This document shows positions 31,160-41,816 of a DNA stretch of 64,000 nt, one piece after another (position 1 is the stretch's first letter; the number at the start of each line of letters is the position of its first letter). Source of the stretch: an uncultured Methanosarcinaceae archaeon. GTDB lineage: Archaea; Halobacteriota; Methanosarcinia; Methanosarcinales; Methanosarcinaceae. A model generated the notes under the pieces. It was not told where the DNA came from, ran no database searches, and was given only the letters and a program-made list of their open reading frames with translations. The position numbers and the translations under genes are program-made. The stretch is taken from positions 1-64,000 of the forward strand of contig CAVRJG010000053.1 in NCBI GenBank assembly GCA_963721455.1, given 5' to 3'.

Positions 31160-31636
31160 TTTTTTATACACTGTCTCACCGGATTTACAGGATGAAAGAT
31201 CGTGCCTGAAGCGTAAGTAAGAGAGATCAATTAGGGAGATTCTAATAAAGTAGATTCTCACAAATCATGTAAATTATAAACAGCCCTTCATCCGTTCAAA
31301 ATGCCTTGTAGAATTTAAAATAAAGAACTGAATATAAATCTCAATAAAAAATAAATAAAATTGTCATTTAAAAATATATCTATATCTTTACGATAAATAA
31401 TAAAACTTCAATTAATTTCGAAATAGCATCTATCTGTATATAAACTCTGTTTTTGGCTGGGCTGTAAATAAACATCACCTTAACCAAATTCAAGAAATAT
31501 TGATAAACTTTGAATAAAATTGGGAATTTTGAGAAAATAACTGCCGGAATTCGCAGTTAAATGTATTTGAGATCTCAAAATCACTATCAATTAGCTTATT
31601 TATGAGTGCCTGAATAGTTATGGCGAATCAAAACAA

Positions 31637-31694
31637 GCCCAACAAGCGAATCCAGCTGGCACACTGCAAGTGGGCCACTGACTCGGAGTTTGTA
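31637..31694 (+). other. Integron attC-like site 1 (58 bp, degenerate)
   Basis: R'' GCCCAAC, L'' TCCAGCTGG, central CAC-ACTGCAA-GTG, L' CCACTGA, R' GTTTGTA. Confidence 0.55.
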
Positions 31695-31712
31695 CTCACC
31701 TTCAAGAACCGG

Positions 31713-31793
31713 ACCTAACACCCACGTCGAGCGGACTGACGAGAAGTGGCGTTTCGCTTGCTTCTCCCCTGCCGCTCATATTGGGCGTTCACC
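31713..31793 (+). other. Integron attC-like site 2 (81 bp)
   Basis: R'' ACCTAAC, L'' GT[C]GAGCGG[A]C, GAGAAG/CTTCTC stem, L' GCCGCTCAT, R' GTTCACC; the bulged C and A equal extrahelical G and T on the bottom strand. Confidence 0.72.
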
Positions 31794-31905
31794 GGAAGAG
31801 AAAAAAGGAACTATTCAGCTACCTATGTTTCTAACTCATTTTTCGCATAAATTTAATGGTTAGTTTTTCAAATTGATTAATATCAAAATTACCAGATATT
31901 ATTTT

Positions 31906-31941
31906 GGGGGTTATACCCCATGCTTTCAGCGGGGTCTTGAC
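31906..31941 (-). mobile_element. Possible IS200/IS605-type end hairpin remnant
   Basis: rc GTCAAGACCCCGCTGAAAGCATGGGGT: GTCAA terminus followed by a GC hairpin. Confidence 0.35.
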
Positions 31942-32088
31942 AAAACAAAAAGAACGCAGTCTAATGGGAGCATGAACGAAATAGAATGGGAGTAGTACGC
32001 TTAATCTGAAACTTTTGAAAACAAGGGAGTTTAGTTCAGGGGTTGTTTTACTTAACTAACAGCCTGAAACAAAGGAGGTAAGCAATAA

Positions 32089-32595
32089 ATGACAAAAGCA
32101 AATCAAGATGCTGGGGAGCTGGAGCTTGTCAGTACGCGAATCTTTGACGCGCCGCGGAAGCTTGTTTGGAAGTATTGGATCGATCCCGAGTATTTCATGC
32201 GCTGGTGGGGACCAAAAGACTTCACTGCGCCTGTCATCAAGATCGATTTCCGCGTGGGTGGCAAGTATCTTTGGTGCATGCGCTCGCCCGAGGACCAGGA
32301 TTACTGGAGCACAGGCATCTATCGCGAAATTGTCGAGCCGGAGCGGATCGTCTACACCGATTCGTTTTCGGATGCGGAAGGTAACGTGGTCCCGGCTTCG
32401 CACTACGGAATGAGCGGAGACTGGCCGTCAGAGTTACTGGTGACTGTAACGTTCGAAGAACATGAAGGTAAGACCAAGCTCACCCTGCAGCATGTCGGTA
32501 TCCCGGAGGGCGAAAATCGCGAACTGGCTAAGGCTGGCTGGAACGAATCCCTCGACAAGCTTGCCGAAGAGCTGGAAAAGGAGAAATCATTATGA
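32089..32595 (+). CDS. SRPBCC/AHSA1-like domain protein
   Basis: [46 protein letters not shown]; GGAGGT SD. Confidence 0.93.
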   Translation: MTKANQDAGELELVSTRIFDAPRKLVWKYWIDPEYFMRWWGPKDFTAPVIKIDFRVGGKYLWCMRSPEDQDYWSTGIYREIVEPERIVYTDSFSDAEGNVVPASHYGMSGDWPSELLVTVTFEEHEGKTKLTLQHVGIPEGENRELAKAGWNESLDKLAEELEKEKSL

Positions 32596-33080
32596 CAAAC
32601 AGCAACAACGCCGCAAAGTTTACGTTTCCGTCGGATCGAGAGATCGTCATGACACGCATCTTTGATGCACCGCGTGAACTCGTGTTCAAGGCGTACACGG
32701 ATCCAAATCTTATACCTCAATGGTGGGGGCCGAGAAACCTTACAACCACTGTTGACAAGATGGACGTGAGACCGGGCGGAGCTTGGCGATTTGTACAGCG
32801 CGGGCCAGACGACAGTGAGTACGCGTTCAGTGGAATGTATCGCGAGATCGTGCCGCCTGAACGGCTTGTCGACACCTTTGAATTTGAAGGTATGCCGGGC
32901 CATGTAATGCTTGAAACGGTAACTTTCGAAGAGCAAGACGGCAAGACGAAGCTGGTGGTCACATCTCTCTTCCAGACGGTTGAGGATCGAGACGGGATGC
33001 TCAAGTCGGGGATGGAGGAAGGGGCGGCCGAAACCATGGACCGCCTTGAGGAGCACATGGAAAAGGAGAAATCATCCTGA
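32592..33080 (+). CDS. SRPBCC/AHSA1-like domain protein
   Basis: [41 protein letters not shown]; ATGA overlap with the upstream gene. Confidence 0.93.
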   Translation: MTNSNNAAKFTFPSDREIVMTRIFDAPRELVFKAYTDPNLIPQWWGPRNLTTTVDKMDVRPGGAWRFVQRGPDDSEYAFSGMYREIVPPERLVDTFEFEGMPGHVMLETVTFEEQDGKTKLVVTSLFQTVEDRDGMLKSGMEEGAAETMDRLEEHMEKEKSS

Positions 33081-33099
33081 GAAAGAGCACGATCAACCG

Positions 33100-33339
33100 G
33101 AAAGATTCCACCCCGGGCTCCTCACAGGAATGGAGAACTTGAAACCCGAAAACCTGGCTGGGACCCCGTGGCAAGAGGAGTACGCCCGGATAGCGCCGAA
33201 TCCGGAAGATTGGCCGACGCTGATCGCCAAGGTAAAGCAACTGAATCTGCATATCCCGGACTGGCCAGCCGAGACAATTCAGGCGATCAAGGCGCCCACC
33301 CTGGCCATAATCGGAGATTCCGATATCGTCCGCCCTTGA
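33100..33339 (+). pseudogene. Internal fragment of an alpha/beta hydrolase
   Basis: FHPGLL..GTPWQEEYARIAPNPEDWPTL..IKAPTLAIIGDSDIVRP; lacks the nucleophile and catalytic His regions; start approximate. Confidence 0.7.
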
Positions 33340-33495
33340 GAGACTCTTAAGCTTCAATAAGATTAACAGACATGCCAGAATGCACTCCTGCAATTAAATG
33401 TGTCTTCCAATCAAGGCAATACCAGAACCTGTTTTGTCTACCTTCAAAATAAATCATGGTTTCGTCAGCATAGAAATTGTTGCCCAGAGTAGGAC
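33340..33495 (-). pseudogene. IS6-like DDE transposase fragment
   Basis: rc reads LGNNFYADETMIYFEGRQNRFWYCLDWKTHLIAGVHSGMSVNLIEA*ESL (ADET..G...W...D pattern). Confidence 0.55.
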
Positions 33496-33589
33496 CTTGC
33501 TTTTCTATAAATTGGTGAGCTTTCCTTTTTCCCTTCTTCGCATACCGACTTGCTACCTATATATACAGGCTCTGCGGATACAATGCCCC

Positions 33590-34309
33590 ATGAGACTGGA
33601 TGCATACCTTGTAGAGATGGGACATTTCAAGTCCAGGGGGCGAGCCAAGACTGCCATTCTTGCCGGAAATGTTAAGGTCAATGGCACGGCGGTAACAAAA
33701 GCCTCCAAGGACGTGTCTACCGATGATGTAATTGAAGTCGCTGAGGGCCTGGACCAGCCCCAGGGTTATTTCAAACTCCAGCTTGTTCAGAAGGAAAGCG
33801 GCATTCTTAAACCGGGAGACAGGGTTCTTGACCTTGGGTCCAGCGCAGGTGGATTTCTCCTTTTTGCGTCAGAGATTGCAGGCCATGTAAAAGGCATCGA
33901 ATTCAGCCGGGACTTCAGGAGCGAACTTGGAAAAATCGCATATGAGAGGGAAAACGTTGAGGTAATGTTCGGAGACGTCTTCACCGTACCCCTGAATCTG
34001 CTTTCAGAAGAGCCCGTAGATGTTATCCTTTCGGACATGACCCTGGAACCTGATGACTCCATTCAGGCTCTTTCGAGAGTGCTGCCCCTGCTTAAAGAAG
34101 GGGGAAAACTGCTTCAGGTCATAAAAATGCCCAAAAAGAAAATCCCTAAGAACATCCTGAACAAAATCGAGAACATGGGGCTTGAAATTCAGCACGTTAT
34201 CAAATCGGAAAAACAGGAAATGTATGTGGTTGCAAGAAAACCCCTGCCCGAAGAGGAAGAGTCGCCTGAAGAGAAAGAATTCAGAGGTATTGAAGAGGAT
34301 GAAGACTGA
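33590..34309 (+). CDS. S4 domain + FtsJ-type RNA methyltransferase (TlyA-like)
   Basis: MRLDAYL..SRGRAK S4 domain; GYFKL, VLDLGSSAGGF, DVILSDM. Confidence 0.9.
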   Translation: MRLDAYLVEMGHFKSRGRAKTAILAGNVKVNGTAVTKASKDVSTDDVIEVAEGLDQPQGYFKLQLVQKESGILKPGDRVLDLGSSAGGFLLFASEIAGHVKGIEFSRDFRSELGKIAYERENVEVMFGDVFTVPLNLLSEEPVDVILSDMTLEPDDSIQALSRVLPLLKEGGKLLQVIKMPKKKIPKNILNKIENMGLEIQHVIKSEKQEMYVVARKPLPEEEESPEEKEFRGIEEDED

Positions 34310-34970
34310 CGGGATAAAGGGTTCCGAGGGTTCCCTTCCCGAAAAGCCTGCATACATAGAAACGCTGTCAGATTCTTATCCGGATCCAGGGATGGAGATT
34401 TACGGCAGCGGAAAGCCAGTCCGCCTCTTTGTTGCGGGCCTGCACGGGGAGGAATGGAAAGATACAACTGAAATCCTGAAGAGTATCAAGCCTCCTAAAA
34501 ACGGTACTCTGGCCTTAATCCCGCTTGTAGACAGCGGGAAGTACATCTCAACCCTGAACCCCGATTACTATCCCGGAACAGGAAAAAAGATCCTCAAAGC
34601 AATTGAAGAGTTAAAACCTGAAATTTACATCGAACTTCATTCCTATTCCAGGGAAAACATTGAAAAACTAGCAGGAAAGAACAGGCTTGAACTGATAGGA
34701 GTGCCTGCCTATAGCATTCTAAAAGAAGGAGTACTTCTTGGCTCGGTTTCTCCCTGGATCCGGAGAAAGTATTTTCCTAAAGAAGCCCTCTGCCTCTCTT
34801 TTGAACTCCAGAAAGAAAACATAGAATCAAGAAAATTTACCTCCCGCCTGATTGGGGTTCTCAAGGAAACTCAATCAAGGGATGAATTCATTGAATACCT
34901 GAAAAAAGAATTTCCTGTGCAGGCTAAAAAAGCCATTGAAGATTACCGGCAGTTTTACGGAGGAATCTAA
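34299..34970 (+). CDS. DUF2119-like protein (M14 carboxypeptidase-like fold)
   Basis: FVAGLHGEEW, YISTLNPDYY, YIELHSYS. Confidence 0.75.
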   Translation: MKTDGIKGSEGSLPEKPAYIETLSDSYPDPGMEIYGSGKPVRLFVAGLHGEEWKDTTEILKSIKPPKNGTLALIPLVDSGKYISTLNPDYYPGTGKKILKAIEELKPEIYIELHSYSRENIEKLAGKNRLELIGVPAYSILKEGVLLGSVSPWIRRKYFPKEALCLSFELQKENIESRKFTSRLIGVLKETQSRDEFIEYLKKEFPVQAKKAIEDYRQFYGGI

Positions 34971-35169
34971 TACAGTCCCGAAACTAATACAGTCTCGAAA
35001 TTTGAAGTAAGCTTTTATCCGTGCTCCGCAAAGCCTTCAGTTCGGAATTCGTTTTCAAGAATGCCTGCTCTTTTTCTCGAAGCCTTCAGCGATTTCCCCC
35101 TTGCTTTCGCGGCATTCCGTCCAGAATAACTTGCGTAATTATATGTCTCATAAGTTTATCATAACATAA

Positions 35170-35255
35170 CCGCTGGCTTTCATCCCTCTAAGCAGGATAC
35201 CCCTTCCTCAAAATTATGAGCCGTCAGGCGAAGAATTTAGAGTGGAGTAGTTGAC
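35170..35255 (-). mobile_element. IS200/IS605-type terminal hairpin with no adjacent tnpA/tnpB
   Basis: rc GTCAACTACTCCACTCTAAATTCTTCGCCTGACGGCTCATAATTTTGAGGAAGGGGTATCCTGC. Confidence 0.55.
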
Positions 35256-35340
35256 AGTCCGTGATAGTGAAAGCCGACAATATCTGCTTTATTTCATTTT
35301 TTCCACGCTGGCGTTGATCCTAACCTGATGCGGCCTCTAT

Positions 35341-35542
35341 AACCACAGAAAACGCAGAAGAACACGGAAAACTTATTCCAGGCCTTTAATCATAGAAAAG
35401 CACGGAGAAAAGAGAAAAAATTCACTCCAGCTTTCATAATCACGGAAAATAAGGAAAAGCTCACTCAAATTTCTACAACCACAGAAAACACGGAAGACAC
35501 GGAAAAGCTGTGCCGTGTCTCCGTTATGCTGTATTTTCTGTG
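35341..35542. repeat. Degenerate AA(C/T)CACRGAA..CACGGAA repeat x4 ending in a hairpin
   Basis: Units at 35341, 35388, 35438, 35477; the last pairs with CCGTGTCTCCGT..TTTTCTGTG. Confidence 0.55.
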
Positions 35543-35579
35543 CTTTCAATTGAATGCGCTTTATTTTAAAAGCTCAGGT

Positions 35580-37223
35580 TTACCTGCGCATGTTAAGCTG
35601 AGGGGCTGACATGCCATCGTAGGTACTTGCCATGTGCTCGGGTTTGACGTCCGGCATGGAGGAACTCTGTGCACGGAGTATATCGTCCACACGGAGCACC
35701 ATTACCGCAGCTTCGGAACCTGCCTTGACGGAGTTGACCTTAACCCTGAGGGGATCAACTATACCTTTCTCAAACATATCTTCTGCAGCGCCTGTGTTGA
35801 CGTTTAAGCCTGCGTTTTTGTTTTCTGCATGCTTTGCCCTTAGGTTCACTATAGAGTTAATAGTGTCAAGGCCTGCATTTCTGGCAATTGTCCTCGGGAT
35901 TTCGTCAAGGGCGTCTGCAAAAGCCCTGATGGCCATCTGCTCACGCCCGCCTATACTGGAGGCATATGAGCGGAGTTCGAGCGCAACTTCTATCTCCGAA
36001 GCCCCGCCGCCTGCAACGACCTTGCCGTCTTCTACCACACATTTCACTACCCTGAGAGCATCATCAATTGCGCGCCCCACGTTGTCAACCACATGTTCGG
36101 TTCCGCCGCGAATGACAATTGATACGGATTTTGCGCCCTTGCAGTCTCTGAGGTAGGTTTTACCCTGGTCGCCGTCCCGGTCCTGCTCAAGGAGCCCCGC
36201 ATGCCCGAGTTCTTTATCAGTCAGTTCCTTGAGATTCCGGACAGGTCTTCCGCCTGTGGCGTCTGCAAGGTGCTGCATGTCCTCACTCTTAACCCTGCGG
36301 GTGGCATAAATTCCCCTGCTCTGCAGGTAGGCTGCGATCTTATCATCCATGCCCTTGGAACAGAAGACAGCATTTGCACCTGCCCTGATAATATAGTCAG
36401 CCATTTCGAAGAGGGCTGCTTCCTCCTGCTTCACAAAACCTTCAATCTCGCCTACTGTGCTGATCTGAAGTTTTGCTTTGTTTGCAGTCTTGGCAACTTC
36501 CATGGGAGTATCGATCAGAGCGATATTGGGGTTCTGAATCCTGAGAGGGAATTCTTTTTCCAGGGCAACCTTATCGATTACAATTCCCTCGACGAACTCT
36601 GTCTCTTCAATCTTGCCGCCGATATCGTTTGTAATGATGATGTTTTTAAGGTCGGCTATTCCCCTCTCGCGAATAGCAAGAACGGCATCCACGCAGAGTT
36701 CAGCAATCAAACGGTTGTATTTTTCAGAAGCCTTGCCCGTAATAGAGGTTCTGGCAACTTCTACAAGCATCTTCTTTTCGTCCTCGCCAGTTGAAACTGC
36801 AAGGTTCTCGAAAATCTCAACAGCCTTATTGGCTGCAAGCCTGTATCCCTTGACAACAACTGTAGGATGAACCCCGCTCTCAATAAGGTTTTCTGCCTTT
36901 TCCAGCAGAGCGCCTGTGAACACAACAGCGCTTGTAGTACCGTCACCTGCCGAGCTTTCAAGCGACTGTGCAACCTCAACTACCATCTTGGCTGCCGGGT
37001 GCTCGATGGACATGTCATGTAAGATGGTAGCACCATCATTTGTGATTGTGATATCCCCAATAGGATTGACAAGCATCTTGTCCATTCCTCTTGGTCCGAG
37101 CGTACTTTTGACTATGCTAGCCACTGCCTTTGCGGCCGCAATATTCATACTGAGCGCTTCTTTTCCTTTTGTCTCCTCTTTCCGAGGATCTATTATTATG
37201 ATTGGCTGGCCACCTTTTTCCAT
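35580..37223 (-). CDS. Thermosome subunit (group II chaperonin)
   Basis: [32 protein letters not shown]. Confidence 0.96.
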   Translation of the reverse strand: MEKGGQPIIIIDPRKEETKGKEALSMNIAAAKAVASIVKSTLGPRGMDKMLVNPIGDITITNDGATILHDMSIEHPAAKMVVEVAQSLESSAGDGTTSAVVFTGALLEKAENLIESGVHPTVVVKGYRLAANKAVEIFENLAVSTGEDEKKMLVEVARTSITGKASEKYNRLIAELCVDAVLAIRERGIADLKNIIITNDIGGKIEETEFVEGIVIDKVALEKEFPLRIQNPNIALIDTPMEVAKTANKAKLQISTVGEIEGFVKQEEAALFEMADYIIRAGANAVFCSKGMDDKIAAYLQSRGIYATRRVKSEDMQHLADATGGRPVRNLKELTDKELGHAGLLEQDRDGDQGKTYLRDCKGAKSVSIVIRGGTEHVVDNVGRAIDDALRVVKCVVEDGKVVAGGGASEIEVALELRSYASSIGGREQMAIRAFADALDEIPRTIARNAGLDTINSIVNLRAKHAENKNAGLNVNTGAAEDMFEKGIVDPLRVKVNSVKAGSEAAVMVLRVDDILRAQSSSMPDVKPEHMASTYDGMSAPQLNMRR

Positions 37224-37581
37224 CTAAACCAAAGCCTCCTTAAAATATAATATATGTATCGAAGAACTTTTACTGGATAATTTGAAGTTTTTTTTGGCTT
37301 ACAGTCACTTTTAGCCCGAGATCAGCCTGAAAATGTGATTTCATTAATCGCCTTATCTAAAGCAGTATTTGATCAGGAAATTACTGATAATACTTCTATA
37401 AAAACATACCGGGTATATGTCGATTCTTGAGGATAAAATTCTGTTTCCGCATCAGATTCTGAAATAAAACCGAAAAGGCAGTTATCTGCTGTACTTTCCC
37501 CTTAAGTGCTTTTCTCCTCAAGGGTTATAGAAAGCCTTACCACCTCATGTTTATATTTAGTTCATCAACAATTTTGAGCTG

Positions 37582-38280
37582 TTATTTCCTGACTATCTTC
37601 ACTGATCCGTCTTTTTTCCCTATATAGAGTTCATCCACATTGGAAAAAATCCCATGTTCAACAACCCCCGGAATTGTAGAGAGTTGGAGGGCGAGACTTG
37701 CAGGGTCATTTATTACACCGAAACTCGAATCAAGTACGAAGTTTCCGTTATCGGTTATCACAGGCCCGTCTTTTCTCAGAGCAAGTCTCAGTTCCGGCTT
37801 TCCTCCAAGGTTCCGTATCTTTTTCATCACAAGTTCTTTTGCGAAAGGAAGAACCTCGACTGGCACGACCTTATCAAGCTGCACGCTCGTTTTTGACTCG
37901 TCAGCTACAACCAGAAAACGTTTTGCTGATACCGATACGATCTTTTCCCGAGTATGGGCAGCTCCCCCGCCTTTGATTGCGTACAGATTTGAGTCTATCT
38001 GGTCAGCCCCATCAATAGCAATATCCAGCTCCGGATGCTGGGCAAGGGTGGTCAGCGGGATGCCGGCTTCTATGGCAAGCATTTCGGACTGATATGAGGT
38101 GACAACACCCAGGATTTCGAGCCCTTCTTCCCTGACCCGCCTGCCGAGTTCTTTTATGGTGTATGCAACTGTTGAGCCTGTTCCAAGCCCGACTACCATT
38201 CCCGGTTCTACAGTCCGGGATGCAGCAATGCCGGCTGCACGTTTTTCCGCGGAATCGGCGGATGTATTTCTTTCTTTCAT
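37582..38280 (-). CDS. rpiA: Ribose-5-phosphate isomerase A
   Basis: [36 protein letters not shown]. Confidence 0.97.
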   Translation of the reverse strand: MKERNTSADSAEKRAAGIAASRTVEPGMVVGLGTGSTVAYTIKELGRRVREEGLEILGVVTSYQSEMLAIEAGIPLTTLAQHPELDIAIDGADQIDSNLYAIKGGGAAHTREKIVSVSAKRFLVVADESKTSVQLDKVVPVEVLPFAKELVMKKIRNLGGKPELRLALRKDGPVITDNGNFVLDSSFGVINDPASLALQLSTIPGVVEHGIFSNVDELYIGKKDGSVKIVRK

Positions 38281-38369
38281 GCTATGTTCCCCTCCGGTTT
38301 GAATCCTGAAAAAAGAATCATAAGGTCTGAAACTGGAAAAAAATGTTCAAAATTTAAAAAATGGGGATT

Positions 38370-39704
38370 TCAGGGAGAAAGTCTTCTCCTGTCCCTGGGG
38401 AAGAGCACAGTATCCCTGATATTGTCAGTCCCGAGCATGGTCATGACAAAACGTTCACAGCCCATACCCCAGCCGGCATGTGGAGGCATCCCGTATTCGA
38501 AAGCCTTCAGGTAGAACTCGAAGCCATCAGGGTCCATGCCCTGTGATTCTATCCGGCTCTTAAGCAACTCAGGAATATGAATACGCTGGGCTCCTGAAGA
38601 AAGTTCCATTGTGCGGTGCATCATGTCGAAAGACTTGCTGAATTCAGGCCTGTCTTCATAAGGCATGGCATAGAAAGGTTTAATCTCAGTTGGCCAGTCA
38701 ATGATGAAGTAGTGGGATTCTCCTGTGGTCTCGTAGACGTAATCGCCCACAGTATGCTCTCCGAGAGTGCCAAGATCGTCCCCCCAGTGCATTTGTTCTT
38801 CCGAGCGGGCGTTTATGATTTCTATTACCTCATTATAGGTGAGCTTAAGGAAAGGAGTTTTCGGGACCTTCAGTTCAACGTTGAGAATCTTAAGAGAAGG
38901 CTTACAGTTTTCGATAACCTGGGTGTAGGCGTAAGCCACAAGGTTTTCGAGAATTTCCATTACATCGAAATGGTCGGCGAAGCTGACCTCAACGTCAATA
39001 GAAGTGGCTTCGTTCAGATGCCTGCGGGTATCATGTTCTTCTGCCCTGAAAATCGGGCCGATTTCAAATACCCTGTCAAAACCGCCGCTCATAAGGATCT
39101 GCTTGAAGAGCTGGGGGCTCTGGTTCAAAAAAGCTTCCCTGTCAAAATAGGTGATCGGGAAAAGTGCGGTCCCGCCTTCGGTTGCAGTTGCCACGACCTT
39201 TGGGGTTGCGGTTTCGAGAAATTTGTGTTTTACAAAGTACTCCCTGATAGCCTGGAGAACCTGGTGCCTTATTTTGAAAACCGCAGTTGTCTCGGCTCGC
39301 CTGAGGTCGATAAAGCGGGAGTCAAGCCTGGTATCCAGTTCGGCGTCCACCTTTCCTGTAGTGTCCATTGGCAGTGGAGAGCCTGCAACATTCAGAATGT
39401 TGATCTCTTCAGGAAGCAGCTCATATCCGTTTGGAGCTTTCTCTTCGAATTTGACAGTGCCTGTTACTGTGATCACGGACTCGCGGACAAGTTTTCTTGC
39501 AACATTGAGCAGGTCTTTATCAATTTTTTTCTTTACAAGTGTGACCTGGGCTTTTCCTTCCCGGTCCCGGAGCACCACGAAACAGATCCCACCGAGGTCC
39601 CTGACCTCATAGACCCAGCCTGCAAGGGTGATTTTCTGACCGTCATCAACTTTTTCAGGCTTGACATCGGCTGTATAATGTGTTCTGAGATTTGCTAAAG
39701 ACAT
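38370..39704 (-). CDS. aspS: Aspartate--tRNA(Asp/Asn) ligase, archaeal type
   Basis: OB fold, [39 protein letters not shown]. Confidence 0.97.
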   Translation of the reverse strand: MSLANLRTHYTADVKPEKVDDGQKITLAGWVYEVRDLGGICFVVLRDREGKAQVTLVKKKIDKDLLNVARKLVRESVITVTGTVKFEEKAPNGYELLPEEINILNVAGSPLPMDTTGKVDAELDTRLDSRFIDLRRAETTAVFKIRHQVLQAIREYFVKHKFLETATPKVVATATEGGTALFPITYFDREAFLNQSPQLFKQILMSGGFDRVFEIGPIFRAEEHDTRRHLNEATSIDVEVSFADHFDVMEILENLVAYAYTQVIENCKPSLKILNVELKVPKTPFLKLTYNEVIEIINARSEEQMHWGDDLGTLGEHTVGDYVYETTGESHYFIIDWPTEIKPFYAMPYEDRPEFSKSFDMMHRTMELSSGAQRIHIPELLKSRIESQGMDPDGFEFYLKAFEYGMPPHAGWGMGCERFVMTMLGTDNIRDTVLFPRDRRRLSP

Positions 39705-39804
39705 AAATTCACCTTAATTGGGGGTAAATTAAATAAAAATGTAAGGATGAAGCTGAAACGTAGGTGAATAGTCATAACTCATTATTAATGTATTTGTTGC
39801 ACCA

Positions 39805-39860
39805 CCCGAATTGCGCCTCGGGAGTCACGCGTGTCCTTCTCGCTATCGCTCGAGAGGACT
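39805..39860 (-). repeat. Structured dispersed repeat, copy 2 (GCGATAGC mini-hairpin)
   Basis: rc AGTCCTCTCGAGCGATAGCGAGAAGGAC-ACGCG-TGA-CTCCCGAGGCGCAATTCGGG; same architecture as 3203-3262. Confidence 0.65.
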
Positions 39861-40331
39861 AATTTATGGCAGTTAAAGTGATTTTCTCCTTTCTCAAGCG
39901 GACTAGCTTATGGGTAAGTTACTTTGTTTTACTTCTCCAGGTTCCTAATTTCTTTTGAATTTTTCAAAGAGTAAGAGCTTGAGGGCAAGTAATGTTTTTT
40001 CGATAGAAATAATCGCTCTAATTTCTGTATTTATAGAGACAAAATTTCGCCGCGCATTCGGTGGCTACTCCTGAAAAATGGAACTGAAATATGCTGAATA
40101 AACTATAGTATGTAATTTTTATGGATATTGTCCACGAATAAACATTAGATAAATATTTATAGCGGTTAAAAGGGTTTTGAAATGTAAACCTTCTTTTTTA
40201 ACGAATTATAATTAGATATCTGAAAGTATGTAAATTTAGAAGATACCTATATATAATGGGACAGAACTCCTGTGCCCTGCACATAACTAATAAGATTTAT
40301 ATTAAAAATTAATAGAAAAGAGGAAGTAAAA

Positions 40332-41072
40332 ATTATACAGATTGTACATCTTTCAGATATTCATTATTCAGATGCATATTTTGTTCCCGAAATTGCAGAT
40401 TCCATGGTGGACAGCATAAACCGGCTGGAACCGGATCTTGTGGTGATTACAGGCGACCTGACAGAAAACGGGTTTTTAGCTGAATATGATGGAGTAAAAC
40501 GGTTTATTGACAGTATCGAATGCGAAAACAAAGTCCTTGTCCCCGGAAATCACGATTCGAAAAATGCCGGCTATCTGCACTTTGAAGACCTTTTCGAGAA
40601 CCGGTTTTCTTCTCAGAGCTTTATGGATGTTACAGTTGTCGGGGCTGACTCTTCACAGCCGGACATTGACGAAGGCCACGTGGGCAGGGAAAACTACGGC
40701 TGGATTAAAGAAGCTTTTTCCGGAGAGAATTTCAAGGTCTTTGCCCTGCACCACCACCTTGTACCTATCCCTCTGGCTGGCAGGGAAAATAATGTCCTTG
40801 TCGATGCAGGGGATGTCCTCGAACTTCTGAACCGCTGCAAGGTGAATCTTGTCCTTTGCGGGCACTGCCATATTCCCTGGGTCTGGAACCTCAATAATAT
40901 GCTTGTAGTAAATGCAGGTACCTTCTGTTCGTCCAAAACCAGGGGAAAGACCACGCAGTGTTACAACCTGATCCAGGCCGAAAATGAAGATTCCGACGGG
41001 AACTGGAAAGTCCGGGTATCCAGAGTCTTTTCAAAGGGAGATCTGGAACTGGTCACTGAAGCGGTAATGTAA
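40332..41072 (+). CDS. Calcineurin-like metallophosphoesterase (no canonical start upstream of motif I)
   Basis: VHLSDIH lies upstream of ATG 40404 in frame; TGDLT, PGNHD, LHHH, CGHCH; start position uncertain. Confidence 0.8.
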   Translation: MIQIVHLSDIHYSDAYFVPEIADSMVDSINRLEPDLVVITGDLTENGFLAEYDGVKRFIDSIECENKVLVPGNHDSKNAGYLHFEDLFENRFSSQSFMDVTVVGADSSQPDIDEGHVGRENYGWIKEAFSGENFKVFALHHHLVPIPLAGRENNVLVDAGDVLELLNRCKVNLVLCGHCHIPWVWNLNNMLVVNAGTFCSSKTRGKTTQCYNLIQAENEDSDGNWKVRVSRVFSKGDLELVTEAVM

Positions 41073-41816
41073 TTAGAAATCTTGCTCCTTACCCGGTTGT
41101 ACATTATATCTCGAAACCCGCCATGAAGGAATATTCCCCTCTATGCTTTCAATCTCTCCCCTTTCGGCCAGGTCTTCCAGAATCTCGAGAAGCTCTGTCT
41201 CCCTGATATCCAGCTCATACCTGCCCTTAAACTCTGATATAATCTGGGAGATGTCCAGCGCCCTTCCCAGGATTATCTTCTCTGCAAATCCGGCCAGGTC
41301 CTCATACCGGGCCCAGGGATAGATTATCCAGCGCCATTTGATGACTTTTTGCGCGTAAAAGTCGGGCACAAAAATAGAGCAGGTCTTGTGCTGGAGCACT
41401 GCAGTTCTTACGTCTGCGGGTTTTAGGCTCCAGATGTAGTCTACTGCAAGACGGAGTGTTCCCCCGGTATCTGTTACATCATCAATAATCAGCACTTTTT
41501 TCCCAGTTATATCCACAGAAATGGGGAAGCGAATCCTTGCCTCTGCTCGCATGTCTGCAGCTCTTGTGTAATGCTCAATCTTCATTGAGGTAAGGTCATT
41601 GAAGAGCAAAAAATCGGAAACCAGCCTTCCAGGAACATAGCCTCCCCTTCCTATGGCGACAATCAGGTCAGGAGTATAACCAGAAGCTTTGATTTTTCGA
41701 GCAAGAATTCTGGAAAGCCGCAAAATATCATTAAAACCTATAAGTTCACACCTGAAGGAATCCTTTTCTGCCTGAGAACACCGGGATTGCTGAGACTGTA
41801 TGTTCCTTTCTTGCAT
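41073..41816 (-). CDS. Type I phosphoribosyltransferase (purine PRT-like)
   Basis: AIGRGG, VLIIDDVTDTGGTL, WIIYPW. Confidence 0.92.
   Translation of the reverse strand: MQERNIQSQQSRCSQAEKDSFRCELIGFNDILRLSRILARKIKASGYTPDLIVAIGRGGYVPGRLVSDFLLFNDLTSMKIEHYTRAADMRAEARIRFPISVDITGKKVLIIDDVTDTGGTLRLAVDYIWSLKPADVRTAVLQHKTCSIFVPDFYAQKVIKWRWIIYPWARYEDLAGFAEKIILGRALDISQIISEFKGRYELDIRETELLEILEDLAERGEIESIEGNIPSWRVSRYNVQPGKEQDF

Larger units (their letters stand above)
31605..31823. mobile_element. 219-bp TIR-bounded non-autonomous element with 4-bp TSD TATG containing two attC-like sites
   Basis: AGTGCCTGAATAGTT / AACTATTCAGCTACC (12 of 15 match); TATG at 31601-31604 and 31824-31827; GC-rich interior in an AT-rich setting. 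Confidence 0.7.

Noticed and set aside
32980-33339. 119-aa ORF as a complete gene
   Set aside because: Its N-terminus is an alternate frame of the SRPBCC gene; only the hydrolase fragment is meaningful
38616-39698. 360-aa plus-strand ORF
   Set aside because: Antisense shadow of aspS
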